Both the position numbers and the translations under genes were made by a program. Shown here one piece after another: positions 25,152-38,037 of a stretch of 64,000 nucleotides of DNA. The DNA comes from an uncultured delta proteobacterium (GTDB lineage Bacteria > Myxococcota_A > Polyangia > Haliangiales > Haliangiaceae): assembly GCA_963743525.1 (NCBI GenBank), contig CAVUQH010000004.1:416001-480000 (forward strand), in the 5' to 3' direction. Every line of letters begins with the position of its first letter. Positions within the stretch are counted from its first letter, which is position 1. The notes under the pieces were generated by a model. That model had not been told where the DNA came from and ran no database searches. It was given only the letters and a program-made list of their open reading frames with translations.

Positions 25152-25186
25152 CGCCCGCGCCGTACCATCGACGCGGGCGTTTTTTT
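25152..25186 (+). terminator. Intrinsic terminator-like hairpin with a T7 tail
   Basis: CGCCCGCG-(12 nt loop)-CGCGGGCG followed by TTTTTTT. Confidence 0.65.
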
Positions 25187-25204
25187 GCCTCCGAGGGCCG
25201 AGTA

Positions 25205-26230
25205 TCAGGCGGCCAGCTGGCGGAGCCTGGCGACGTCCTCGATTTCGCCGATGACCACCAGGGTCATGCCGGCGCGGACGGTGAAGTCGGCCTCGGGGCC
25301 GTAGGCGTAGCTCCCGTCCTCGTCGCGAACGGCGATGACCGAGACGTTGGCGTCGGCGCGGATGCCGGAGTCGCGCAAGGTGATGCCGTCGTAGCGGGAC
25401 CCGGTGGGGACGGCCACTTCGTCGATGCGCACGCCGCGGCGGTCGCGGAGCATGACGTCGAGGAAGCGGACGACCTCGGGCCGGATCAGCTCGGAGGCCA
25501 TGCGCATGCCGCCGATGTAGTTGGGCGAGATGACGGTGTCGGCGCCGGCGCGCTTGAGCTTCTCGAGGATGTTGAGGTCGCTGCCGCGGGCGATGATGCG
25601 AGCCTTGGGGTTGAGCTGGCGGCAGGTGACGACGAGGTAGAGGTTGTCCTTGTCGCCGGCGAGGGCGGCGACGACGCCGCGAGCGGCCGCGACGTGGGCG
25701 GCGGCGAGGATGTCGTCATCGGTGGCGTCGCCGACGACGTAGAGGAGATGGCCGGCTGGATAGTGCTCGGCGAGGGCCTCGAGGACTTCGCTGCTGGCGT
25801 CGATGGCGACGACATCGTGGCCGGTGGCGAGGAGCTCTTCGATGACATGGCGGCCGGTCGAGCCGGCGCCACACACCACGGTGTGTCCCTCGAGCTTGTG
25901 GATGGTCTTGCGCATGCGGGTCTTCCTCAGGGCTGCGCGCAGGTCGCCCTCGATGATCAGCGCGGTCAGGGTGGACGCGAAGTAGATGAACGTGCCCATG
26001 CCGAAGACGATCAGCAGGACGGTGTACTCGCGGGCGTAGGGAACGTGGTCGAAGCCGGGCAGGACTTCGCCGTAGCCGACCGTCGTCAGGGTGATGACGG
26101 TCATGTACGCGCAGTCGGCCAGCGCCCAGCGCCCGCCGCCCAGCAGCCAGTAGCCCACGGATCCAGCCGCGACCACGAACATCAGGGCCGCGAAGCTGCC
26201 GATAATTCGGGCCCGCAGCCCCCCGTTCAT
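25205..26230 (-). CDS. Potassium channel with TrkA-N/TrkA-C (RCK) domains
   Basis: Selectivity filter 'TLTTVGYG', Rossmann 'VVCGAGSTG', 'GDATDD..L..A', TrkA-C 'VIAVR'. Confidence 0.93.
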   Translation of the reverse strand: MNGGLRARIIGSFAALMFVVAAGSVGYWLLGGGRWALADCAYMTVITLTTVGYGEVLPGFDHVPYAREYTVLLIVFGMGTFIYFASTLTALIIEGDLRAALRKTRMRKTIHKLEGHTVVCGAGSTGRHVIEELLATGHDVVAIDASSEVLEALAEHYPAGHLLYVVGDATDDDILAAAHVAAARGVVAALAGDKDNLYLVVTCRQLNPKARIIARGSDLNILEKLKRAGADTVISPNYIGGMRMASELIRPEVVRFLDVMLRDRRGVRIDEVAVPTGSRYDGITLRDSGIRADANVSVIAVRDEDGSYAYGPEADFTVRAGMTLVVIGEIEDVARLRQLAA

Positions 26231-26269
26231 GGGCTCAATCGTACAGCAAAATGATGATATACAGCCGCC

Positions 26270-27812
<1,543 letters not shown>

Positions 27813-27823
<11 letters not shown>

Positions 27824-28520
27824 TACTGGGACTGATCGCGGGACTGACGAACGTCGTCACCACGCTCGCGGTCGGCTGCGGATAGAACAGATAGTTCGCC
27901 GTGTCCGGCTCGCCGCCGTAGAGCTCGGCGTAGCAGCCAGGGGCGTAGCCGGCCGGCGGCGCCGAGATCTCGCCGAAGTCGAGGTGGGTGATGCCGTAGG
28001 CGGGAAAGATGGCGACCAGTCGCTGGAAGCGGTGGAGCAGCGGCGCGTCGTAGACGCCCGAGCGGGGGCGCTCGCGAATGACCGCCCCGCCCTCGCCGGC
28101 CTCCAGCTCCATGGTCACTTGCTGCACGCCGGCCATGCGCACCATGCCGCTGAGGCAGACCCGCAGGTACAGCTCGCGCACGCCGCCGGCGGCCAGCTCC
28201 GGCGGCAGCGGCACTCCCTGGTCGCGCACCTGCAGCAGGCACGGCGTGCGGCCCATGCACAGGACGTACAGGTAGTCGCAGTACTCCTCCTCGCCGCCGG
28301 GCACGAAGAAGGTCGCGGCGTCGAGCTCCTGGGCCAGCTCTTCGGTCAGGGCCAGCACGTCGTGCTCGCAGACGCCGGCCTCGAAGCGGGCCTCGTCGTC
28401 GGGCTCGCCCCAGGTGCGGGTCGGATACAGCCGAGCAAGGGCGCGGTCGAGCTCCTCGAACATCGCGCCCTTGCGATCGTCGCAGCCGGTCTTGGACCGG
28501 CAGTTGGTGCAACCACCCAC
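27813..28520 (-). CDS. Hypothetical protein with an N-terminal Cys cluster
   Basis: 235-aa ORF with typical codon bias; '[12 protein letters not shown]' plus several further Cys. Confidence 0.7.
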
Positions 28521-28621
28521 GCCCCCGATCTACTCGAAACCAGGGGCGTCGTCGAGTCTGCACCGCCCGACGCGCCGGAAACGGGCGCAAAAGGCCAGTT
28601 TGGTCTACAACGGATAGAGAG

Positions 28622-29302
28622 ATGTACGAAGACGAGCTGCACGCCCTGCTGATCGAGCTCTGCGCCACCATCGGCGCAGCGGATGCGTGCATCGTCCGTC
28701 CGGACGAACCGCTGGGCGAGCTCGACGGCCGCTCGGTGCCGCTCGGCGGCGGCGCCTATCTATGCGTGCACACCGTCGGCGCGGTGCCGCTGACCGAGGC
28801 GCAAGCGGCGGCGGTCGAGCGCACGGCGCGGGCACTGCGCGCATGCGCGCGGCGGTGGGAGCGCGAGCTGCCGGAGCTCGGCGGCGAACCCGAGCAGCCG
28901 ATGCGCGAGCGGATCGTCGGACGCATCGAGACCTACCTGCGCGCGCTGGCGACCAGCGGCGGCGCGACCAACGCGCTGGTCACGGTGCGCGGTCGCCTGA
29001 TCGGCGCGGCCAAGCCGGCCGCCGACCTGGAGCTGTCACGCATCGAGTTCCTGCTCCGGCGGATGGACGCCGAGGTCGGGCGGCGGGTCGGCGAGAGCTC
29101 CCACGCCGAGCTCGAAGGCGACGACTTCTACGCCGTGTCGTTCTGGTACGGCGCATGTCTGGTGGTCTTCTTCGATCAGGCCTACTCGGTCAACTTCGTC
29201 CGCCATCGCGCGCGCATGGTCACCCGCGAGCTGGCAGCGCTGTTGCCGGAGCTCGACGAGCCGCCGCACGATCCGGCGCGCGTGGCGCCGATTCCCGAGT
29301 AA
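28622..29302 (+). CDS. Hypothetical protein
   Basis: 226-aa ORF with AGAG upstream of the ATG; globular composition; lies upstream of the aspartate kinase. Confidence 0.7.
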   Translation: MYEDELHALLIELCATIGAADACIVRPDEPLGELDGRSVPLGGGAYLCVHTVGAVPLTEAQAAAVERTARALRACARRWERELPELGGEPEQPMRERIVGRIETYLRALATSGGATNALVTVRGRLIGAAKPAADLELSRIEFLLRRMDAEVGRRVGESSHAELEGDDFYAVSFWYGACLVVFFDQAYSVNFVRHRARMVTRELAALLPELDEPPHDPARVAPIPE

Positions 29303-29381
29303 CGCCGCCGCGGCGAATCGGCTTCGGTGCGCGGATCGATTTCGATCGCGCGCGCGTGGGCTTCGTGTATGCTCCGACGCC

Positions 29382-30626
29382 ATGCTGATCGTGCAGAAGT
29401 ACGGCGGCACGTCGGTCGCCAACATCGACCGCATCCGCACCGTCGCCAAGCGGGCGCTGGCTACCCAGCAGGCCGGCAACCAGCTCGCCGTCGTGGTGTC
29501 GGCGATGGCCGGCGAGACCAACCGCTTGCTCGGGTTGGCTTCCAAAGTGGTCGATCACCCCGGCGACCGCGAGGTCAACGTCATCGTATCGACCGGCGAG
29601 CAGATCACCTGCGCGCTGCTGGCCCTGGCCATCCGCGGACTGGGCGGCCAGGCGCAGTCGTTCCTCGGCCATCAGGTCAAGGTGGTCACCGACAGTGCGT
29701 TCTCTCGCGCGCGCATCCTGTCGATCGACGCCGCAGCGCTGGAGCAGTGCTTCGCCGAGGGCAAGATCGCGGTCATCGCCGGCTTCCAGGGGATGGACGA
29801 GAACGGCAACATCACCACCCTCGGCCGCGGCGGCTCCGACACCACCGGCGTCGCCATCGCCGCCGCCATCAACGCCGACGTCTGCGAGATCCTGACCGAC
29901 GTCGAAGGCGTCTACACCACCGATCCCAACGTGGTGCCGACCGCGCGCAAGATCGATCGCATCAGCTACGAAGAGATGCTCGAGCTGGCGTCGCTGGGCG
30001 CCAAGGTGCTGCAGCTCCGCTCGGTGGAGCTGGGCGCGAACCACCGGGTCCCGATCCACGTCCGATCGACCTTCTCGGACGCCGAGGGAACCTGGGTGGT
30101 TCCGGAGGAAGAGCTCATGGAACAAGTCGTCGTCTCCGGCGTCACCCTCAACCGCGACGAGGCCAAGATCACCGTCCGTCAGGTGCCCGACACGCCGGGC
30201 GTGGCCGCGCGTCTGTTCGCACCGCTGGCCGATGCCGGCATCGTCGTGGACATGATCATCCAGAACCAGAGCGAGGGCGGCCGCACGGACATGTCGTTCA
30301 CCGTCCCGCGAGGCGACCGCAAACGGGCGCTGGAGATCCTGACCGATCAGCTGAGCGACTTGACCAGCGCGGGCGCCAATCTGTCGAGCGACGACCGGAT
30401 CGCCAAGATCTCCATCGTCGGCGTCGGCATGCGCTCGCACGCCGGCGTCGCGCTCAAGATGTTCCAGATCCTGGCCAAGGAAAACGTCAACATCCAGATG
30501 ATCACGACCAGCGAGATCAAGATCAGCTGCGTGGTCGACGAGAAGTACGGCGAGCTGGCGCTGCGCGCGCTGCACGACGGCTTCGGCCTCCACCTGCCGG
30601 TGGAAGAGCGCAGCGACATCGCCTAG
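29382..30626 (+). CDS. lysC: Aspartate kinase (alpha/beta type, two ACT domains)
   Basis: '[10 protein letters not shown]', '[11 protein letters not shown]', '[11 protein letters not shown]', internal 'ME' beta-subunit start, ACT motifs 'VPDTPGVAA' and '[14 protein letters not shown]...TSEIKIS'. Confidence 0.96.
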   Translation: MLIVQKYGGTSVANIDRIRTVAKRALATQQAGNQLAVVVSAMAGETNRLLGLASKVVDHPGDREVNVIVSTGEQITCALLALAIRGLGGQAQSFLGHQVKVVTDSAFSRARILSIDAAALEQCFAEGKIAVIAGFQGMDENGNITTLGRGGSDTTGVAIAAAINADVCEILTDVEGVYTTDPNVVPTARKIDRISYEEMLELASLGAKVLQLRSVELGANHRVPIHVRSTFSDAEGTWVVPEEELMEQVVVSGVTLNRDEAKITVRQVPDTPGVAARLFAPLADAGIVVDMIIQNQSEGGRTDMSFTVPRGDRKRALEILTDQLSDLTSAGANLSSDDRIAKISIVGVGMRSHAGVALKMFQILAKENVNIQMITTSEIKISCVVDEKYGELALRALHDGFGLHLPVEERSDIA

Positions 30627-30735
30627 CCGGCGAGCGCAGCGACATCGCCTAGCCGGCGAGCGCACCGACATCGCCTAGACGGCGAGCGCACCGACATCGC
30701 CTGGAGGGCGAGCGCACCGAGATCGCCTAGCCGGC
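30606..30735. repeat. Five tandem copies of a 26-bp unit (consensus GAGCGCASCGACATCGCCTAGCCGGC)
   Basis: Units start at 30606, 30632, 30658, 30684 and 30710 with a few substitutions each; no spacers. Confidence 0.92.
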
Positions 30736-33180
30736 GTCGGCGCCGTAGACCTGGGCTTCGGCGGCTCGATCCAGCGCCCGGCGCAGGTTGGCGTGCTCGG
30801 GCCGAGCCAGCTCGGGGTCGGCGTCGAGCACGGCGTCGGCCGCCTCGCGGGCGCGCACCAGCAGCTCGGCGTGAGCGGCCAGGTCGCCGAAACGAAGGCG
30901 CGGCAGGCCGGCCTGGCGCACGCCGAGGAGCTCGCCGGGGCCGCGGATCGCCAGGTCTTCTTCGGCGATGCGAAAGCCGTCGCTGGTCTCGGCCATCACC
31001 GCCAGGCGACGCTCGCCGTCGGCGGTAGGGCGACCGCGGGTGAGCAGCACGCAGTGCGACTCGCCGCCACCGCGACCGACGCGGCCGCGCAGCTGGTGCA
31101 GCTGGGCCAGGCCGAACTTGTCGGCGTCCTCGACGACCATCAGTGTCGCCTCGGGTACGTCGACGCCGACCTCGATGACGGTCGTCGCCACCAGCACTTG
31201 CAGCTCGCCGTCGCGGAAGGCGGCCATCACCGCGTCCCGCTCGGCCGACGGCAAGCGGCCGTGGACCAGACCGACTCGGGCCGGCGCCAGACGCTGCGCC
31301 AGCTCGGCGGCCACGCTGGTCGCGTCGGCCCAGTCGCTGCGCACGTCGTCCTCGTCGCCGGCCTCGACCAGCGGACAAACCACGAACACCCGCGCTCCTT
31401 CGCCGAGGCGCGCGCGCACTCGCGCGTAGACCTTGTCGCGAGCGCGAACGCCGCGGATCACCGTGGTCGTCGGCGGAGTACGCCCCGGCGGCAGCTCGTC
31501 GATGACGCTGACGTCGAGGTCACCGTAGGCGGTCAGCGCCAGCGTGCGCGGGATCGGCGTCGCCGTCATCACCAGCAGGTGCGGGGCGAAGCCGTCGCCC
31601 TTGTCGCGCAGGCGAAAGCGCTGGGCCACGCCGAAGCGGTGCTGCTCGTCGATCACCGCCAGCCCCAGCCGGCCGAACACCACGCCCTGCGCCAGCAGCG
31701 CGTGAGTGCCGACCACCAGCGGCAGCTCGCCGGCGGCCAGACGGGCGCGGGTGCTCTCGCGGGCACCGCGCGGCGTGGACGCGGTGAGCAACGCCGACGA
31801 CACCCCGGCCTCGGTCGCCCACGCCGACAGGTTGGCGAAATGCTGCGCCGCCAGGATCTCGGTCGGCGCCATGATCGCGGCCTGCCGACCGGAGCGCGCC
31901 ACCTGCAGCGCCGCCGCCAGCGCGACCACGGTCTTGCCCGAGCCGACGTCGCCCTGCAGCAGCCGGTTCATCGGCACGTCGCGCGCCAGGTCGGCGGCGA
32001 CCGCGGCGACCGCCCGATCCTGCGCGCCGGTCAGCGCGAACGGCACCACGTCGGCCAGCGCCTGGCGCGCGGCCTGGGCCGCCGGGCACGGCTCGGCGCG
32101 GTCGGACCGTCGCTCGCGCCGCCGCCGGGCGACGTGAGCGCCCAGCACGAACAGCTCGGCGAACGCCAGCCGCCGGTGCCAGGTCGACCGGCCGTGGTTG
32201 AGCTCCTCGACCTCTTCCACCGTCATCGTGTCGGGTGGCGCGTGGAGCGCCAGCACCGCCTCGGCCAGCGGCGGCAGCTCCATCCGCGCACAGACCGCCG
32301 GCGGCACCGGATCGGGAACCAGCCCCGCGGCTCGATCGACAGCCGCCGCGCACGCCTTGCGCAGCGTCCCGGCAGGCACCCCGGGGACGTCGGCGTAGCG
32401 GGGAATGATCTGCGCGCCGGCGCCACGGCTCACGCCGTCGGGCGTGATCACCTCGAGAATGTCGGGGTTGGCCATCTCGGCGCCGGAGCCGCGGTCCTCG
32501 AGGCGCCCCGACAGCGCCACCCGGCTGCCGGCGGGATAGCGCGACTGCATGCTCGGGTGGGCGTTGAAGAACCGCACCGCCAGCTTCACCCGCGGATCGT
32601 CCTCGTCCTCCAGGCGCAAGTCGACCCAGCGCACCCGTCCGCGGCGGACGAAATGGGTGCCGACCACCCGCCCGGCACAGGTGACCCGTTCGCCGGCGGT
32701 CGCCTCGCCCAGCGCGCGCGAAAGCGGCGCCACCGCGCGCACGTCGTCGTAGCGCCGCGGCACCAGCCAGACCAGGTCCTCGACGCAGTCGATGCCGCGC
32801 TCGCCGAGCCGCTCGGCCAGCGCCGGGCCGATGCCGGGCAGCGACGAGGTCGCCGCCGCCAGCGGATCGCCGGCTGCCGCGCGCACCGGCCGCACCGGGG
32901 CCGGCGGCCCGGCGACCTCGTGGCACAGCCGCAGGCCGCGGGCGACGCTGACCGCCTGCAGATCCGGCTCGAGCCGCTCGAAGGCGTCGAGCTCCTTCCG
33001 CCACCGGGCCAGCGCCGCGGACTCGTCTTTGCCCAGCTTGGCCAGCACTCGGTCGCAGGCCTTGCGCAGCGACGCGCCCAGGTGCGGATCTTCGGCGGTG
33101 CCGGCAAAGTCACCGTCGGATACGGCAATCAGCGGGCGGCGAAGGGCCTCCACCCGCTGGCGCAAGTCGTGGCTGGCCAC
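30727..33180 (-). CDS. recG: ATP-dependent DNA helicase RecG
   Basis: 'PMNRLLQGDVGSGKT', 'MAPTEILA.QH', 'DEQHRFGV.QR', 'MTATPIPRTL', 'QLHQLRGRVGRG', 'DGFRIAEEDL..RGPGE'. Confidence 0.97.
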   Translation of the reverse strand: MASHDLRQRVEALRRPLIAVSDGDFAGTAEDPHLGASLRKACDRVLAKLGKDESAALARWRKELDAFERLEPDLQAVSVARGLRLCHEVAGPPAPVRPVRAAAGDPLAAATSSLPGIGPALAERLGERGIDCVEDLVWLVPRRYDDVRAVAPLSRALGEATAGERVTCAGRVVGTHFVRRGRVRWVDLRLEDEDDPRVKLAVRFFNAHPSMQSRYPAGSRVALSGRLEDRGSGAEMANPDILEVITPDGVSRGAGAQIIPRYADVPGVPAGTLRKACAAAVDRAAGLVPDPVPPAVCARMELPPLAEAVLALHAPPDTMTVEEVEELNHGRSTWHRRLAFAELFVLGAHVARRRRERRSDRAEPCPAAQAARQALADVVPFALTGAQDRAVAAVAADLARDVPMNRLLQGDVGSGKTVVALAAALQVARSGRQAAIMAPTEILAAQHFANLSAWATEAGVSSALLTASTPRGARESTRARLAAGELPLVVGTHALLAQGVVFGRLGLAVIDEQHRFGVAQRFRLRDKGDGFAPHLLVMTATPIPRTLALTAYGDLDVSVIDELPPGRTPPTTTVIRGVRARDKVYARVRARLGEGARVFVVCPLVEAGDEDDVRSDWADATSVAAELAQRLAPARVGLVHGRLPSAERDAVMAAFRDGELQVLVATTVIEVGVDVPEATLMVVEDADKFGLAQLHQLRGRVGRGGGESHCVLLTRGRPTADGERRLAVMAETSDGFRIAEEDLAIRGPGELLGVRQAGLPRLRFGDLAAHAELLVRAREAADAVLDADPELARPEHANLRRALDRAAEAQVYGADAG

Positions 33181-33183
33181 TCG

Positions 33184-33858
<675 letters not shown>

Positions 33859-33908
33859 TGCGGAAAGCGCTCCTCCAGCCCACCCGGCCGGCGCTGGAAA
33901 CATTATCG

Positions 33909-35348
33909 CTACTTCGGGCTGCTTTTGGCTAGTTCTTCGAGCCCCTTAGCGACGTCGCCGGCCAGGGCCCCGAGTGTGGGGTCCTTCTTCCGCTTGGCCT
34001 TGGGGACGTCCTCCTGGTCGCCCCACCAGCCGCGCAAAACCGTCTTGTCGCCCGCCAGTTGGCGCAGCCGGGCGGCATCCTCCTTGGCCGAGCTGGCCAG
34101 GGCCAGCGCACCCAGGAGCTCGATCCCCACCGCCCGGGGAACCCACTTGTCGGAGCCCAGCAGCGTCCGGGCCTTGGCCACGACGTCAGCCTTGGGCGTC
34201 ATGGCTTTCATACGCGAGATCAGCGAGTCGTCGAGGTCGAGCTTGCGATAGTCGCCGCCGGTCGGGAACGCCTCGGCCACCGGCACGATGGCCGCCACCT
34301 GACCGCAATCCAGCGCGCGCTGGGCCGCCGCCCAGCGGAAGCGGGTGTTGGAGTGCGGCGCCGAGATCATGCCGACCAGCGGGTTGAGGCAGGTGGGCAT
34401 GCCCGAGGCCTTGACCAGGTTGAGGGCGATGCTCTGGATCTCGATGCTGCGGCGCTCGTCCGAGGCCATCGGCCCGAGGACGTCCATGTGAGCGGCCAGC
34501 CCGCGGGGGTCGGCCTTGGGCACGTCGTCGGTGTCGGTGTAGGCCCGCTCGAGCATGACCATGATCTGTCGCTCGAGCTTGGGATGCTTCTCGTTGAGCG
34601 CTTTGGAGTCGGCGATCTCGAGCAGCTTGCCCACCGCCTCGGGGCTCCCGGTCAGGGCCACGCCGTAGACGATGTCGTCGGTGATCACCAGTGGTTGGCC
34701 GTTCTTGTCCGGCGGCGCCGCGATCACCGCGTTGAGCGCCGTGATCATCTTGTCGGCCACCTTGACCGGGTCGTCGGCCGGCTTCAGGTCGGCGGTGTCG
34801 GCCGCCGCGGCGCGGATGATCATCGCCCCGGTGGCGGTGCCGGTCTCGGCCCTACCCTTGTAGTAGCCGCCGGTCAGCCAGTTGACCAGGTGGGCGTCGA
34901 TCTGCAGCCTGGTGGCCTGGTCGGCCCGCTTGCGCAGGTAGAACAGCCCGTCCTTGGCCTCCATCTGCACCGGCGACGGGACCGTCATGCGGCCCTCGAC
35001 CCGCGCCAGCTGCCACAGCCGCGGCACCATCTTGGCCACCACCGCCTGGCGGGTCGCGTCCGACATCTTGTCGAGCGCGTCGTAGACCTCTTCGCCCTTG
35101 CGCAGACGGATCAGGTTGGCCGCCGCGTGCCCGCGCAGATCGGGCGACAGATCGCCGTCGTGCAGAGCATCGGCCAGCTTTCCCGGCCCCTTCTGCGTCT
35201 CCAACCACTTGTCGATATTCTCGTGGCTGGCCTTGTCGCACGCCGCCAATGGCGCAAGCGCGACAGCGACTGCGATCAAAACGAACCGCCCGAGGCGGCA
35301 ACGGGGGGCGTGGGGGTTGGTGCTCGAACCCGGGTGCGCGACGCGCAA
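33909..35348 (-). CDS. Hypothetical helical-repeat (HEAT-like) lipoprotein; start uncertain
   Basis: Hydrophobic signal ending in LAAC, strong codon bias, predominantly helical sequence. Confidence 0.65.
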   Translation of the reverse strand: MRVAHPGSSTNPHAPRCRLGRFVLIAVAVALAPLAACDKASHENIDKWLETQKGPGKLADALHDGDLSPDLRGHAAANLIRLRKGEEVYDALDKMSDATRQAVVAKMVPRLWQLARVEGRMTVPSPVQMEAKDGLFYLRKRADQATRLQIDAHLVNWLTGGYYKGRAETGTATGAMIIRAAAADTADLKPADDPVKVADKMITALNAVIAAPPDKNGQPLVITDDIVYGVALTGSPEAVGKLLEIADSKALNEKHPKLERQIMVMLERAYTDTDDVPKADPRGLAAHMDVLGPMASDERRSIEIQSIALNLVKASGMPTCLNPLVGMISAPHSNTRFRWAAAQRALDCGQVAAIVPVAEAFPTGGDYRKLDLDDSLISRMKAMTPKADVVAKARTLLGSDKWVPRAVGIELLGALALASSAKEDAARLRQLAGDKTVLRGWWGDQEDVPKAKRKKDPTLGALAGDVAKGLEELAKSSPK

Positions 35349-35482
35349 GTGTCCCTCCTGACAGCGAAAACGAGCCTCGGCACTATACGAGCGCGGCGAC
35401 CATGAGTCAAACCACCCCCCGCCGACGTAGGCGCGCCGCGCCGGCTTCTCCGCGCCCCGCGATTTGCTACTGTCAGGCGCTC

Positions 35483-36955
35483 ATGGCGGCCTCTCTCCGG
35501 CTGCGCCTCGTTGCGCTCGCCCTCGCCACGCTGCTCGGCGGCGCCGCCGAGGCCTCTCCTTTGGAAGATCCAGCGCTGACGCGCACTGTCTTCACCGGGC
35601 CCACGTCGCCCCACGCCACCTCGGTGTGGCTCGACCCGGCGGCGATGGGCCTGGCCGCCGGCGGCTGGCACCTGTTCTTCAGCGCCACCACCCGCCTGGA
35701 TCACGACCTCATCGACCGGTCGCAGATCGACCTCGCCACCGGCGCGCTCAGCCCCGGCGCCAAGGTCCGCTCGCTGACCGCGACCCCCGGCGGCTTCCTC
35801 GCCGCGTGGTGGAAGAGCGACAACGCGGCCCTGGGCCTGGCCAGCTTCCTGCCCCAGGCCGAGCGTTTCATCACCGACCAGGAGGCGCTGCGCTACCACA
35901 CCCTCGGCGGCTTCCACTACCAGTGGACGGTGCTGGACCTGTCGGTCGCCTTCCACTGGAACAAGTTCTGGTTCGGACTCGGCGTCGGCCTGGGCAACAT
36001 GCACACGCTGCGGCTCGAGTTCGCCCGCGACACTGCGCTCGAGGCCGGCACCGCCGGCATCGAGGCCGACTGCGGAGGCGCGCCGTGCGGCGTGGAGAAC
36101 GAAGCCGCGGCCCAGCGCTACCGGGTCGACGTCTCCAGCGGCGGCAGCTTGCGGCCCTGGCGCCTGGGCTTTTGGGGCGCGCTGTTCTCGTCGGAGAACC
36201 TGTCGCTCAACGCCGGCATCCTCTGGCAACCCAACGACGACTGGGTGGTGGCGCTGAGCTACCAGGGCTCGGTCGGCCTGTTCGGATCCAGCCGTCGCCT
36301 GGAAGGCACGGCGCGGGTCGAGACCTCGCCGATCGAGGGTGGGCTGATCCGCAACGGCCAGGCGGAGGTCGGTTACAACCTGCCCGAGACTCTTCATCTG
36401 GCCGCGCGCATGAGCCTGCCCGGTCGCAAGCAGTGGGACCTGGTCACCGGTCTGCGGCTGCAGACCTTCTTCACCCACGACAACCTCGACCTGCGCCTGT
36501 TCGGCTCCGAGCTGGTCGGCCACGACATCCCCGAGCAGTACCCGCTGTACCGCGGCTTCCGCACCGTGCTGCGGTTCGAGGCCGGGGTCGAGCGCACGCC
36601 CGCGGCGCGCGTGCGTCTGGGCGCGCGACTGTTCCTCGAGCGCGGCGCGGTGCCCAACCGCGGCGTCCAGCCGATGGCCATCGCCGGCAACGACATCGGC
36701 CTGTCCGCCGGCGTGGAGTGGCGGGTGGCGGCGCCGCTGGTGCTGGGTCTCGGCTACGACTTCACCTGGTTCCCCACGGTCAACGTCACCAACAGCGCCT
36801 TCGACCCGCGCGACCGGATCGCCTGCGTCGACTCCGGCTACGACCTCGAACAGTGCCAGGCGGTGCGCGACGGGCGCGCGCGGCCGACCGCGGCGGGCAG
36901 CTACCTGCGCCTGCAACACGCCTTCATGGTCTCGGCGCGCTGGGATTTCCTCTAA
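35483..36955 (+). CDS. Outer-membrane transport protein, FadL/TodX-like
   Basis: Signal peptide; 'TSVWLDPAAM' resembles the FadL NPA hatch motif; alternating amphipathic strands; C-terminal 'ARWDFL'. Confidence 0.7.
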   Translation: MAASLRLRLVALALATLLGGAAEASPLEDPALTRTVFTGPTSPHATSVWLDPAAMGLAAGGWHLFFSATTRLDHDLIDRSQIDLATGALSPGAKVRSLTATPGGFLAAWWKSDNAALGLASFLPQAERFITDQEALRYHTLGGFHYQWTVLDLSVAFHWNKFWFGLGVGLGNMHTLRLEFARDTALEAGTAGIEADCGGAPCGVENEAAAQRYRVDVSSGGSLRPWRLGFWGALFSSENLSLNAGILWQPNDDWVVALSYQGSVGLFGSSRRLEGTARVETSPIEGGLIRNGQAEVGYNLPETLHLAARMSLPGRKQWDLVTGLRLQTFFTHDNLDLRLFGSELVGHDIPEQYPLYRGFRTVLRFEAGVERTPAARVRLGARLFLERGAVPNRGVQPMAIAGNDIGLSAGVEWRVAAPLVLGLGYDFTWFPTVNVTNSAFDPRDRIACVDSGYDLEQCQAVRDGRARPTAAGSYLRLQHAFMVSARWDFL

Positions 36956-38037
36956 TGGCGCAGGTCCTGGTCTACGGCGCCACCGGCACCACCGGCGGAC
37001 TGATCGCGCGGGCGCTCCTCGACCGCGGCCTCGAGGTGATCGCTTCGGGCCGCGATCGCGGCCGACTGGCTCAGCGCGCCGCCGAGCTGGGAGGCGTCGA
37101 CATCCGCCCGGCGCCAGTGCACGACCGCGCGGCCCTGGCCGCGGCGGTGCGCGGCGTCGATCTGGTGATCGCCTGCGCCGGACCGTTCTCGCTGATGGGC
37201 GAGCCGGTGCTGGCCGCCGCCATCGACGCCGGCGCCGACTACCTGGACACCACCGGCGAGCAGGTGTTCATGCGCGAGATGTACGAGCGCTACGAGTCGG
37301 CGGCGCGCCACGGTGGCCTCTGCGTGGTATCCGGCTGCGCCTTCGAGATCGCGCTCGGCGACTGGGCGGCGGCGCTGGCCGCCGGCGCCATCGGCCCGGG
37401 GCCCATCGACGAGGTGTTGATCGCCTACTGGCTGGATCGCTTCAACGCCACCGCCGGCACCCGCGCGTCGGCGGTCGAGAGCCTGGCCGCCGGTGGGCTG
37501 GTGTGGGATCGCGATCGCTGGCAGGAGGCGCCGCCCGCCGCCGAGCGGCGCACCTTTGCCTTTCCCGGCACCGGCGATCGGCCCGCCGTCAGCTTTCCCT
37601 CGGGCGAGGTGGTCACGGTGCCGCGCCACATCGACGCGCACCGGGTGCAGACGTTCCTCGCCCTCGAGGGCTCGCCGCTGGGCCGCCTGCCCGGATGGAT
37701 GGGCGCCGCCCTGCCGCTGCTCGCGCGCACGCCGCTGCTGAGCGCCGCCCGTGCTCGCGCCGTCGGCGGCCGCCAGCCCGACGCCGCCGCCCGCGCCCGC
37801 GCCCGCTTCGCCGTCGCCGCCCAGGCCCGCCGCGGCTTCGAGGACGCCCGCGTGGCCGTGACCGGGCGCGACGTCTACGCCACCACCACGACCATCATCA
37901 CCAACGCGGCGGCCGAGCTGTGCGCGCGCCGCGGGCAGAACGACCGCCCGATCGGGGTGCTGGCGCCGAGCGAGGCGTTCGATCCCGACGCGTCGCTGGC
38001 CGCGCTGGCGGCGGTCGGATGTACAGTGTGGCGATGA
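36955..38037 (+). CDS. Saccharopine dehydrogenase-like NAD(P)-binding oxidoreductase
   Basis: 'VYGATGTTG', 'ACAGPF...GEPV', 'YLDTTGEQ'; TAATG overlap with the upstream gene. Confidence 0.88.
   Translation: MAQVLVYGATGTTGGLIARALLDRGLEVIASGRDRGRLAQRAAELGGVDIRPAPVHDRAALAAAVRGVDLVIACAGPFSLMGEPVLAAAIDAGADYLDTTGEQVFMREMYERYESAARHGGLCVVSGCAFEIALGDWAAALAAGAIGPGPIDEVLIAYWLDRFNATAGTRASAVESLAAGGLVWDRDRWQEAPPAAERRTFAFPGTGDRPAVSFPSGEVVTVPRHIDAHRVQTFLALEGSPLGRLPGWMGAALPLLARTPLLSAARARAVGGRQPDAAARARARFAVAAQARRGFEDARVAVTGRDVYATTTTIITNAAAELCARRGQNDRPIGVLAPSEAFDPDASLAALAAVGCTVWR

Noticed and set aside
30606..30735. 26-bp repeats as a CRISPR array
   Set aside because: The units are head-to-tail with no unique spacers, overlap coding ends, and no cas genes are present.
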